Assembly (NCBI GenBank): GCA_963719515.1 | Contig: CAVRCJ010000006.1 | Location: 224,001-288,000, forward strand | Length of the DNA stretch: 64,000 nucleotides | Origin: an uncultured cyanobacterium | Lineage (GTDB): Bacteria > Cyanobacteriota > Cyanobacteriia > CAKZMO01 | Direction: 5' to 3' | Shown here: positions 22,357 through 30,826 of the stretch, in pieces | Position numbering within the stretch: position 1 is the first letter of the stretch | How the letters are laid out: each line of letters opens with the position of its first letter | Notes under the pieces: model-generated | What the model was told of the DNA's origin: nothing | What the model saw: the letters and a program-made list of their open reading frames with translations, nothing else | Databases searched by the model: none | Position numbers and translations under genes: made by a program

Positions 22357-22452
22357 AAACTGACTCTAGACCCTGCTCGTTTCGTTTGGCTAGGTAGGCT
22401 GGGAAGAAATTATCTGGGATTGACCTATTGGTGCGTTGGGCAACCCGATAAC

Positions 22453-22474
22453 AGGGCGTGTATCCGCACGCCCC
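22453..22474 (-). terminator. Hairpin downstream of the transketolase gene
   Basis: GGGCGTG-TATCCG-CACGCCC. Confidence 0.45.
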
Positions 22475-22496
22475 TACGGTACTGGAATCTGTTGAT

Positions 22497-24398
22497 CTAG
22501 CCGACCAGCTCTTTGACTTTTTTCATGATGCCTGTCGGGTCGATGCCCTGGTGGGGGAACTGCTCCCACAGGCCGCCGCTGCCCTCTTCATGGGTGCCCA
22601 AGAAGGCGAACTTCGGCGCGTAGCCCCGCTCTAGCAGCCAGGAACCGAAGCGGCTCCCTAAGCCCGTGCGGCGGTTAAACGATTCCACCGTCAGCACGAA
22701 GGGGGAGCTGCCCACCTTCTTCATCATGTCCTCGTCCACGACGTTCAGCGTCGCCTTGTTGATTAGGCCGACGTCAATGCCCTCTTTCTTCAGCCGCTCC
22801 ACCGCGTCTACCGCCCGGTATAGCGCCTCACCAAAAGCCACAATGTAGCCGGCAGTGCCCTCGCGCACCACCTCGTCTTTACCGGGGGTGAAGGTATAGT
22901 CGCCGCCAAACATCTCGTTGCCGTCACCGTCCAAAATCATTGGCACCTTAGAGCGGGTGGAGAAGATGAACCGCAGGCCCTCGTCGTGGAACACCTTTTT
23001 GACGCAGGCCCGCATTTGGTTAGCGTCGGCGGGGAAGTAAAGTCGAGTGGCGTAGCTGTCATCTAGGCCACCGTCAGCGAACATATTGTTCAGCCCGAAG
23101 TGGCAGGTGTTGTCCGCCATGTCGTCGATGCCGGAGTGGGAGAAGTGACACAGCAGGTTGGAGTTGTTGAGCCGCGCCATGGTGATCTCGGAGATGCACA
23201 TCTCTAGGAAGGCGCTAAAGGTGGCGAACACCCCCTGCTTGCCCTTCTCCATGCCGAAGCCCGCCGCCGCCGCTAGGTTGCCCCGCTCCATAATGCCGCC
23301 GCTGATGAAGATTTCGGGGTAAGCTTTGCGAATCTGAGTCAGACCGCAGGAGCCTTCTAGGTCGCTGTCAATGACCAAGACGCTGTTCTTGCGCTCCTCG
23401 TCGCTCATACCGCTCATCGCGTCCACCATGGCCTCGCCGAAGACGTTGCGGTTAGATCCCACTTTGTCGGTGGAGCCCATGAAGGCATAGTCGTTCTTGG
23501 GCTTTTTGATCCCCTTCAGGTGGTCGGCAGCGGCCTGGTAGCCTTTGGATTCTAGATAGTTAATAGCGCCGTCGACGGTAATCACGTCGTGACCGTGGTT
23601 GGTGCCCTCCAGCCCTTCGATGCCGGGGCACATGGGCCGCTTGTTAATGACAGCGATGGGGCCCGGCGTGTTGATGGCTTCGCAGATATTGCTGTACAGC
23701 CCGTCGATATCCTCGCCGTCGCCCCGCAGCACCTTGAGCCCATGCCCCTCTAGGGTGCGGCCCACGTCAAAGCCGGGGAGATACTTGGAGGGGTGACCGG
23801 CGATGGTGACGTCGTTGTCGTCGATCAGCAGCTTGACGTTCAGGTATTGGGCCACGGCCAGGCGAGCGGCCTCGGCGTCGTCCCCCTCCTGCTGAGCGCC
23901 GTCAGAGCCGAGGCAGAACACCGTCTTGCCGGGGTTAGCAAAGGCGACGCCGTTGACGTAGGGCCACATGTGACCTAGACGACCGGAGCTGAACTTAATG
24001 CCCGGCGTGAGGCCCAGCTCGGGGTGGCCCGGCAGCTTAGAGTGAGCCATGCGGTAGTTCATCAGCTTCTCTGCGGGCAGGTCACCGTCCAAGGTGGCCA
24101 TTAGGTACTGGGTGCCCACCCGATGTCCGGCTTCGTCAAAGAAGATGGGGACAAACTTGTCGGCGTTGCTCTTGAACAGCGCATCGAGAATCATCACCTC
24201 GGGAACCGTGTCGTAAGGTCCACCCGTGTGGCCACCGACCCCATGGGCTGCGCCGGTTGCGGTGAAGAAGACGATAGCGGCGCGAGACAGCTCGATGTTG
24301 GCCTTGAGGGCCTCGCGCTGGTCGTCTGTGAGGGTGGTGGTGCTAGGGTCTAGCGTAATTTTTTTGTAGGCGCTGAGGTCAATGGGAAAGGTAGCCAT
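22497..24398 (-). CDS. Transketolase-family ThDP enzyme (atypical clade)
   Basis: GGHTGG, EAGH, LPGHPE, SSGRLG, ThDP motif SDGAQQEG...DDN, GIMERG, ATFSAFLE. Confidence 0.85.
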   Translation of the reverse strand: MATFPIDLSAYKKITLDPSTTTLTDDQREALKANIELSRAAIVFFTATGAAHGVGGHTGGPYDTVPEVMILDALFKSNADKFVPIFFDEAGHRVGTQYLMATLDGDLPAEKLMNYRMAHSKLPGHPELGLTPGIKFSSGRLGHMWPYVNGVAFANPGKTVFCLGSDGAQQEGDDAEAARLAVAQYLNVKLLIDDNDVTIAGHPSKYLPGFDVGRTLEGHGLKVLRGDGEDIDGLYSNICEAINTPGPIAVINKRPMCPGIEGLEGTNHGHDVITVDGAINYLESKGYQAAADHLKGIKKPKNDYAFMGSTDKVGSNRNVFGEAMVDAMSGMSDEERKNSVLVIDSDLEGSCGLTQIRKAYPEIFISGGIMERGNLAAAAGFGMEKGKQGVFATFSAFLEMCISEITMARLNNSNLLCHFSHSGIDDMADNTCHFGLNNMFADGGLDDSYATRLYFPADANQMRACVKKVFHDEGLRFIFSTRSKVPMILDGDGNEMFGGDYTFTPGKDEVVREGTAGYIVAFGEALYRAVDAVERLKKEGIDVGLINKATLNVVDEDMMKKVGSSPFVLTVESFNRRTGLGSRFGSWLLERGYAPKFAFLGTHEEGSGGLWEQFPHQGIDPTGIMKKVKELVG

Positions 24399-24619
24399 AG
24401 GGTTAAGTCCTTATAGAGCAGTAATAGGGGTGAAGTTAGGGCAAGGAAATGCGATCGCAAGCAGGATCAATAATTACTATCCATTATCGATGGCCGAGGC
24501 ACTCGCAGCGTGAGTTAGGTCTGAGCGAACAGGTGCTGGAGCCGCCTAGCGCTTTAGCCATGGCGCTTTGAGTCAGCACGATGGGTCAATATTTAGGCAA
24601 TGTCGCTGGGCCAACATAA

Positions 24620-24656
24620 ATAGCAGATAGATTAAATGAGCTTATCTATCTGCTAT
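24620..24656. promoter_or_regulatory. 13-bp inverted repeat (operator or terminator) between cysEH and the transketolase gene
   Basis: ATAGCAGATAGAT-N11-ATCTATCTGCTAT. Confidence 0.55.
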
Positions 24657-24851
24657 GAGATTACCGCAATCGGGATCAGGGTTTCAAGAGATTCGGCGAC
24701 ACGCTTTGAGTATTTATGCTTACTACTCTTGTGGAAAGTGGCCTAGAACCGCTCTATCCAGGGCCGTAGCTCGATTTTCCAGGTCCAGGCGCTACAGAGC
24801 GGCTGCAAAATCCGCAGATAGCTCCGGAGCGTAGCGCTATGCCGCGACGCC

Positions 24852-26210
24852 CTATGGCAGGTGCAATCCGCATTCCTGCTTCAATCCATGGAAGCGAGTT
24901 GATCGCTCGTCGGTGTCTTCAGCGGTTAGAGGGCGGCTAGAGTGCCAGTCGCCCACCGTCACGTAGCCCTGGTCAAAGAAGGGATGGTAGGGCAGATCGT
25001 GGGCAGTAAGATACTGGTAGAGATCTCGGGCATTCCAGCCCAAGATGGGGTGAATTTTAGTGATGCCCTCCTGCTGCACAACGCGATTTAAGCCTCGGCG
25101 GTAGTCCGTTTGCTGCTGTCTTAGGCCCGCCAACCAGGCGGTTGCCTTCAGGTCTCGCAGCGCCCTTTGCATCGGCTCCACCTTACGAATCTGATCGTAC
25201 TTGTTCAGCGCCGCTAGGTCTTCCTGTGCCCAGAGCTGGCCGTACTGAGCCTCCATTCGGGCGGGGCTGAGGGGAGATTGATATACCTTGAGGTTGAGAT
25301 TTAGCCGCTGGGTCAGCTCGTCAGCAAAGCGGTAGGTCTCGAGGGGCAGGTAGCCAGTATCCACCCAAACAACGGGGATATCGGGCACCACCTGCGTCAC
25401 GAGGTGCAGCATTACCGCCGACTGAATGCCGAAGCTGGTGCTCATCATCAAGCCATCGCCAAATTCCTCGGCGGCCCACTGGACAAGCTCCGAAGCTGGT
25501 TTGTCTATCGTGTCGTCTCTCATGGGGTCTAGAGTAGCTCGTTCGGACTGTGATGCTTCAATCGGTTGTGCTGCCGGCTCGGGCTGTACAGCTAACGAAT
25601 CCTTCCGCTTTATCTGAGCTGGGACTCCCACAGCTGTTGCATCGGCGGGCACGTCTTTCACCACCACGGCCCCCGCACCTATACGGCAACGATCGCCTAC
25701 GGTAAGGTTGCCGAGAATCTTGGCACCGGCCCCTACCATCACCTCGCGGCCTACTGTGGGGTGGCGCTTGCCGCTGCCTTTACCCGTGCCGCCGAGAGTC
25801 ACGCCCTGGTAAATCACGCAGCGATCGCCCACGATAGCAGTTTCCCCGATCACTACGCCCATACCGTGATCGATAAACACCTCTTGACCCAGGGTTGCGC
25901 CAGGGTGAATCTCAATGCCGGTGAGGAGACGGGAGAGGTGAGAAATTAGCCGGGGCAGCAGGGGAAGGCCGAGCTGGTGTAGCTCATGGGCAAGCCGATG
26001 GAGCGCGATCGCTTGGGGACCGGGGTAGCAAAGCAGCACCTCAAGCCAGCTGCGGGCGGCGGGGTCGCGCTCTAGGGCAATGCGATAGTCGGAGACGAGA
26101 GCGTTGAGCCTATTGACCAGGCTTTTTCGGAAGGCAGCGGCAGCGGACCAAAAGGGAGTCGGCGGGGCGACCGGGGAGGCAACAGACTGACGGGTTGGGT
26201 GGCAAGTCAT
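24852..26210 (-). CDS. cysE-cysH: Fusion of serine O-acetyltransferase (CysE) and thioredoxin-dependent PAPS reductase (CysH)
   Basis: [40 protein letters not shown] (CysE); [27 protein letters not shown]-terminal ECGLH (CysH); one continuous ORF. Confidence 0.93.
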   Translation of the reverse strand: MTCHPTRQSVASPVAPPTPFWSAAAAFRKSLVNRLNALVSDYRIALERDPAARSWLEVLLCYPGPQAIALHRLAHELHQLGLPLLPRLISHLSRLLTGIEIHPGATLGQEVFIDHGMGVVIGETAIVGDRCVIYQGVTLGGTGKGSGKRHPTVGREVMVGAGAKILGNLTVGDRCRIGAGAVVVKDVPADATAVGVPAQIKRKDSLAVQPEPAAQPIEASQSERATLDPMRDDTIDKPASELVQWAAEEFGDGLMMSTSFGIQSAVMLHLVTQVVPDIPVVWVDTGYLPLETYRFADELTQRLNLNLKVYQSPLSPARMEAQYGQLWAQEDLAALNKYDQIRKVEPMQRALRDLKATAWLAGLRQQQTDYRRGLNRVVQQEGITKIHPILGWNARDLYQYLTAHDLPYHPFFDQGYVTVGDWHSSRPLTAEDTDERSTRFHGLKQECGLHLP

Positions 26211-26275
26211 GGTGTTTCCTGTAGTAGCTGGAGTCTACTGTGACGACTGCTGGAACGAGCGCTGTTGAAGAGGTT

Positions 26276-26295
26276 ATGTACTGAACGGTCAACAA
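26276..26295 (-). promoter_or_regulatory. Putative TetR operator upstream of cysE-cysH
   Basis: Minus strand TTGTTGACCGTTCAGTACAT closely matches the site at 26948-26967. Confidence 0.6.
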
Positions 26296-26311
26296 CTGAG
26301 CAAAAAAAGGT

Positions 26312-26902
26312 CTAGATCTGGGGCTCAAGCATGCGGATTATCAAGTCTGACTGTTGATTGAGCAGGTCTTGGGGGACTTCAGCCTTGAGGCTGGTGAACA
26401 GGCCCATGAGAACGTGGAACATCAGTAGCCCTAGATCCTCAGCGTCAGCATCGGTGCGGAACTCCCCCGCCGCTTGGCCCTGGGCAATGACGCTGGTGAG
26501 CAGCGATCGCACCCGGGAGCGGTAGCCCTGAAGCAGCCGCTTGACGGCCTCATCGTGGGGGGCAAGCTCAATGAGGGAGTTGACGGCGAGGCAGCCGCGA
26601 CAGTCGCTGTAGCCGCCGTAGACCTCGATGAGGTCACCAAGCCATTGACGCAGATCGCACCTGGGGGAAGAGCAGTGGCCGAGGCGATCGCGATGGGCCG
26701 CATAGGCTTCGTCGAGGTAGCGCTCTAGGGCGATAATGAACAGCGAGTGCTTGTCTTTGAACGCTTTGTATAAGCTGCCTTTCTGCAGGCCCGTAGCGGC
26801 CATAAGTGCGGTGAGCGATGTAGAGCCATAGCCGCGTAGCCAGAAGATCTCCATAGCGGCGTCTAGGACAATATCTTCGTCGAATTCGCGGGGTCGGGCC
26901 AT
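26312..26902 (-). CDS. TetR/AcrR family regulator (NemR/ComR-like)
   Basis: MARPREFD, GYGSTS, KGSLYKAFKDK HTH, RGCLAVN, GQAAGEF. Confidence 0.92.
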   Translation of the reverse strand: MARPREFDEDIVLDAAMEIFWLRGYGSTSLTALMAATGLQKGSLYKAFKDKHSLFIIALERYLDEAYAAHRDRLGHCSSPRCDLRQWLGDLIEVYGGYSDCRGCLAVNSLIELAPHDEAVKRLLQGYRSRVRSLLTSVIAQGQAAGEFRTDADAEDLGLLMFHVLMGLFTSLKAEVPQDLLNQQSDLIIRMLEPQI

Positions 26903-26935
26903 GTGGCGGGATAAAACAGGTATTTTATAGATTCC

Positions 26936-26967
26936 AGTGTAGCAATTAGAAACCGATCGGTCAACAA
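26936..26967 (-). promoter_or_regulatory. Sigma70-type promoter of tetR overlapped by a palindromic operator
   Basis: Minus strand TTGACC-17 nt-TACACT; palindrome ACCGATCGGT overlaps the -35 box. Confidence 0.75.
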
Positions 26968-27031
26968 TATGCGCTCGACCTTGAGAGAGATAAGTCTTTA
27001 GGGAAAAGTCGGTCAGGGGGACGCTGACGGG

Positions 27032-27256
27032 TTAGGGTCCGGCCTCGTCGCTCGGGTTAACCAGCTCCCTCAGCCGCTCCAACGTGCCGGGTTCGGGCTC
27101 AGGGTCGAGGCCCAGAAGATTGGAGACGATGGGGCGCAGCAGCGGATTGCCCCGGGCGTACCAGCCAAATTTAACGCACTGAGCCGTGAACCAAAAGACA
27201 AGAAACACCGCAAATAGGGTAGAGGCAACGTCACCTATCTTTCGCCATGGATTCAT
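27032..27256 (-). CDS. Small single-TM hypothetical protein
   Basis: 74-aa ORF, hydrophobic segment, AGGA upstream. Confidence 0.55.
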   Translation of the reverse strand: MNPWRKIGDVASTLFAVFLVFWFTAQCVKFGWYARGNPLLRPIVSNLLGLDPEPEPGTLERLRELVNPSDEAGP

Positions 27257-27351
27257 GGGGGTTTATCCTGGAGTGAAGAGAATCCTGTGAGATCAGGGTA
27301 GTGCTTCTCTACTGCACTGTACAGTGCCACGATTATGACAGTGCCACGATT

Positions 27352-27813
27352 ATGATTCTGTTGACCCCACGTAAGATTTTCGGTTCTGGCATAAGGCGAT
27401 TTTTGCTGGTGTTCCTGGTTGTGCCCATTGTTGTACCGGTGTTTTTAGGGGCGATCGCCTCTAGCGCAGCGTGGGACAGTCTTGCCATCGCCGCTGTTGA
27501 CCCGGCTGCCGACACCGCCTGGGTTGCCGTTGCCCGCTCAGAGCAAGGGATCCAATACGTCGCCCCCGGATCAATTCAGGTCACGGCGGGAGGGGTACGG
27601 CTGAAGAGCTATTGGCAGCCTCCCACCGACGGAGGACTGGAGACGGTGTACTACGTGACGGAATACGACTGCCAGGGTCGCTACCGCGACGTAGAGGCGA
27701 CCAACGGAGTCAAAGGCCCGAGCCAGAAAGATACAAATTGGAAATCCATTGGCGCAGACCCCCTAAATCGTGGTGCTATGGAATATGGCTGTGCAAGGCA
27801 AGGGGGAAACTAG
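27352..27813 (+). CDS. Exported hypothetical protein
   Basis: Hydrophobic N-terminal anchor, EYDCQG...C pair; start uncertain (27301/27352). Confidence 0.6.
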   Translation: MILLTPRKIFGSGIRRFLLVFLVVPIVVPVFLGAIASSAAWDSLAIAAVDPAADTAWVAVARSEQGIQYVAPGSIQVTAGGVRLKSYWQPPTDGGLETVYYVTEYDCQGRYRDVEATNGVKGPSQKDTNWKSIGADPLNRGAMEYGCARQGGN

Positions 27814-27814
27814 G

Positions 27815-28444
27815 ATGGAGTGGCATATCACCGACGCGCAGAGTTTACGCATTATCGATCAGGAGATAGGCGACCATACTTTTTCACCGGCAGAGTACGA
27901 GATCGTACGGCGGGCAGTCTACGTCACAGCAGACTTTGAGTACGCCAACCTGATTCGCTTTTCTGAGCAAGCCCTGCAGTCTGGCGCAGCGGCTTTAGCC
28001 GCCCGCAGTACCCTCATTGTCGATATGCCTATGGTGCAGGTGGGGATTGCCCCCCTGATTCAGCGCACCTTTGCCAACCCGGTGTACTGCAGCATGGACA
28101 CCCTAACCCGTCCTCAGCGGCAAAAGACGGAGTCGGCCTGGGGCATGGAAACGCTAGCCCACCGCTATCCCGAGGCCATCTGCATCGTGGGTCAGTCTCA
28201 AACGGCGCTGCGATCGCTTATTGAGCTTATTGAGGCGGAGGATATCCGGCCAGCTCTAGTCATTGGCACCCCTGCCGCTTTTGTGGGATTGGACAATATC
28301 GATGAGCGGCTGAAAGACTCGCTGGTGCCTTTTATTCACGTGGCTGGACGCAAAGGGAGTGCAGTAGTGGCGGCGGCGATCGCCTGTGGTTTAGTCGACC
28401 TGGCCTGGCAGGCCTATGGAGAAGGCCACAACATTCGCCCCTAG
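27815..28444 (+). CDS. cobH: Precorrin-8X/cobalt-precorrin-8 methylmutase
   Basis: SLRIIDQEIG, VRRAVYVTADF, PALVIGTP, GRKGSAVVAAA; ATG at 27815 gives the MEWH start. Confidence 0.85.
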   Translation: MEWHITDAQSLRIIDQEIGDHTFSPAEYEIVRRAVYVTADFEYANLIRFSEQALQSGAAALAARSTLIVDMPMVQVGIAPLIQRTFANPVYCSMDTLTRPQRQKTESAWGMETLAHRYPEAICIVGQSQTALRSLIELIEAEDIRPALVIGTPAAFVGLDNIDERLKDSLVPFIHVAGRKGSAVVAAAIACGLVDLAWQAYGEGHNIRP

Positions 28445-28451
28445 AGCAAAC

Positions 28452-29294
28452 CTAGTATCTAGTCCCAAGCAGCCGCTGGCGCAACCCCTCCGCAATTTTG
28501 TGGCCCAGATATTCTGGAATGAGGCCCTCATTGGGGCCCAAGAGATAAAACAGCAGACGGGTACGGCCTCGCCAGACAAGCAGGTTGGCATTGACCACGA
28601 GCAGGTCTTCCTGCCACAGCGAGTACATCACCTTGTAGAAGAGGCCAGGCTGCGTTTCCGCATCAATCAGCAGCGCAGGCAGGTGAAACACGGGGTCAAT
28701 GTAAAATTCTGTTTCCACATCTGATAGCCCCGCATCAAGATTAAACTCCACCGCCAGCATTTCCTCCACCTCAAATCGCCCGGCCAGGGCTTCATAGACA
28801 GCACGGCGGACGTTGTCTGCAGTACTCTCAGTAAGGGCTTTACTGTCCCGAGAGACGACCAGCTTAATGAACACCAGCATGGGCGGTGAAATCTGACCGT
28901 ACAGGCTCAAGCTGTGAATGGTCAGCCCGTAGGCCGCAAGAACGCCAAAAATGTCGCTGAGCAAAAACGACTGGTTCCTGTAGGCAAAGTGCAGAGCGCT
29001 TTTGCTGGCTTCCGGCCTAACTTCAACAACAGCCTGCCGAGTCTTATGAAGCTGGTAGGCCAGCCGTAGGTTCTGAAGTTGAATCTCGCTGCTTGCGAAC
29101 TGCTCATAGAATTTTGGAAACGCTCGATTAAAGCGTTTGAGGAGACCAACGGTGGCTGGGTTGAGCCCCTGCGTCAGCGAAGCAGGCACAGCGTGACTCC
29201 CAATAGATATGTTTGCCCTGAGCATGATGCGATACCAGTTGACAAGTATGCGTTCAGCGTTCCACGGTGTTTCTATGATAGAGCCGCGACGCAA
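28452..29294 (-). CDS. Conserved protein with two ACT-like domains (resembles the GlnD C-terminus)
   Basis: YRNQSFLLSDIFGVLAAYGLTIH and AETQPGLFYKVMYSL ACT-like patterns; true start probably downstream of 29294. Confidence 0.65.
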   Translation of the reverse strand: MRRGSIIETPWNAERILVNWYRIMLRANISIGSHAVPASLTQGLNPATVGLLKRFNRAFPKFYEQFASSEIQLQNLRLAYQLHKTRQAVVEVRPEASKSALHFAYRNQSFLLSDIFGVLAAYGLTIHSLSLYGQISPPMLVFIKLVVSRDSKALTESTADNVRRAVYEALAGRFEVEEMLAVEFNLDAGLSDVETEFYIDPVFHLPALLIDAETQPGLFYKVMYSLWQEDLLVVNANLLVWRGRTRLLFYLLGPNEGLIPEYLGHKIAEGLRQRLLGTRY

Positions 29295-29409
29295 TGCCCC
29301 TGATGAACTCTCTAACCCACAATTTCTTGGAAACTGAAGGCGCTTAGAAGTGATACGGAGGATATACTAGCAGTATTGCGATCTATTGTGACTAGCCAAG
29401 TGCGCCTGC

Positions 29410-29940
29410 ATGGGTTTCTGGAAAAGCTTATTCACCACTGCTGACACCCCTACCACCGTTGCTTCTACCCCCTCTGCTGGCGCTCAGGTGGCCGTAAAAG
29501 TGGCTAGTGATACAGCGGACGATACAAAGTTCTTCTTTACCACCGATAAAGAAATTGATCTTTATGACCTAGAGGAGCTTTGTGATGCGGTCGGCTGGTC
29601 TCGGCGTCCACTGCGCAAGGTCAAAAAGGCAATTCAGTTTAGCTTCCTGGTAGTCGCAATGTGGGAGCAGTGCGGCAATCGCCGCCGTCTGATTGGATTT
29701 TCGAGGGCCACCTCAGACCATGCGTTCAACGCCACCGTGTGGGATGTGGTTGTTCACCCTGATTTTCAGGGCCGCAAGCTGGGCAAGGCCCTGATGAAAT
29801 ATACCATTCAAAAGTTAAGGTCTGAGGACATCAGCAATATCACTCTATTTGCTGACCCTCACGTCGTTGACTTCTACCGCAACCTTGGCTTTGTCTCCGA
29901 CCCGGAAGGCATTAAGGGTATGTTTTGGTATCCCGATTGA
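29410..29940 (+). CDS. GNAT N-acetyltransferase, Ycf52-like
   Basis: [38 protein letters not shown]. Confidence 0.88.
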   Translation: MGFWKSLFTTADTPTTVASTPSAGAQVAVKVASDTADDTKFFFTTDKEIDLYDLEELCDAVGWSRRPLRKVKKAIQFSFLVVAMWEQCGNRRRLIGFSRATSDHAFNATVWDVVVHPDFQGRKLGKALMKYTIQKLRSEDISNITLFADPHVVDFYRNLGFVSDPEGIKGMFWYPD

Positions 29941-30198
29941 TGGGGCTCGACTGACCCTCAGTCAACTGCGCCCCTTCACTCAACTGCGCCTCAGATGACC
30001 CACGAGCGCAGCCGCAGGGCTACCGCCAATCGCTGAACTGGCCTATAAAATCCCAGCGGCAGCGCCCTGGGCAAGCCAAGCCTCATAGCGCCTCGGGGGT
30101 GAAGCCGCTCCAGTCAGACAGGTGGAGCGTTATAGGCTGTAAACTAAGGCGATCGCCGCTTTGATTGTCTTGACACCACAATCAGCTAGGCACGACCC

Positions 30199-30411
30199 AT
30201 GGAACTTTTTGCTTATATCGAAGCTTCTGCTCGCCAGCTCATAGCCAGCTCACCGGATGCTGCCGGCCAGAGCGGCACAAAGGCTGCCACGCCGGACGAT
30301 CGCCTCAAGCTAGACGCCGCAGACGATTTAGAAGCCCAAGCGCAGCCCTCTACACCCACAGAGACCCACAGATGGGAAGACGACGCGATGGCGTCCAGCT
30401 GGTGGGTTTAG
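30199..30411 (+). CDS. Small hypothetical protein
   Basis: 70-aa ORF starting MELFAYI with an acidic/Trp C-terminus. Confidence 0.5.
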   Translation: MELFAYIEASARQLIASSPDAAGQSGTKAATPDDRLKLDAADDLEAQAQPSTPTETHRWEDDAMASSWWV

Positions 30412-30417
30412 CCTGAA

Positions 30418-30672
30418 CTACCGGTAGTCCAGCTCGGTTTGAGTTTGGGGGTGGGCCAATTCGAAGTTGGTCGGGTCGCGCAGATAGCGGATAACCTCTT
30501 CTTCTAGGCGGTGGATGAGATAGGACTCAATGACATCTGAGTGGCGCAAGGCTGCCAGATAGCCGTCGATGTAATGGCGAAGATCGTCGTAACGATAGCC
30601 CCGCCGCCACTGATCAACCAGGGCATCGGTGATGCGTTGATAGTAGCGAATAGTTTGAGTGTCCTGAAGCAT
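30418..30672 (-). CDS. Conserved cyanobacterial small protein (MLQDTQTIRYYQR family)
   Basis: 84 aa from ATG 30672; GYLAALRH and IHRLEEE motifs; the longer ORF-track version overlaps the next gene. Confidence 0.75.
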   Translation of the reverse strand: MLQDTQTIRYYQRITDALVDQWRRGYRYDDLRHYIDGYLAALRHSDVIESYLIHRLEEEVIRYLRDPTNFELAHPQTQTELDYR

Positions 30673-30826
30673 GATAGAGATTTGGCTTTCCCAGCGGTTT
30701 CGCTGTAGAGAGGAACTTAAGGCACAAAGCCTGTAATCTATTGTAACGCCATCCCAAAGGCCATAGAATTTCAAGATGCCCTCTTTGGATGCGGTTGATG
30801 CCTTTTTCGAATAGGGTTGACAGGTC

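Noticed and set aside
29950..30190. Riboswitch near cobH/GNAT
   Set aside because: No cobalamin or c-di-GMP consensus seen; only an 11-bp direct repeat TCAACTGCGCC
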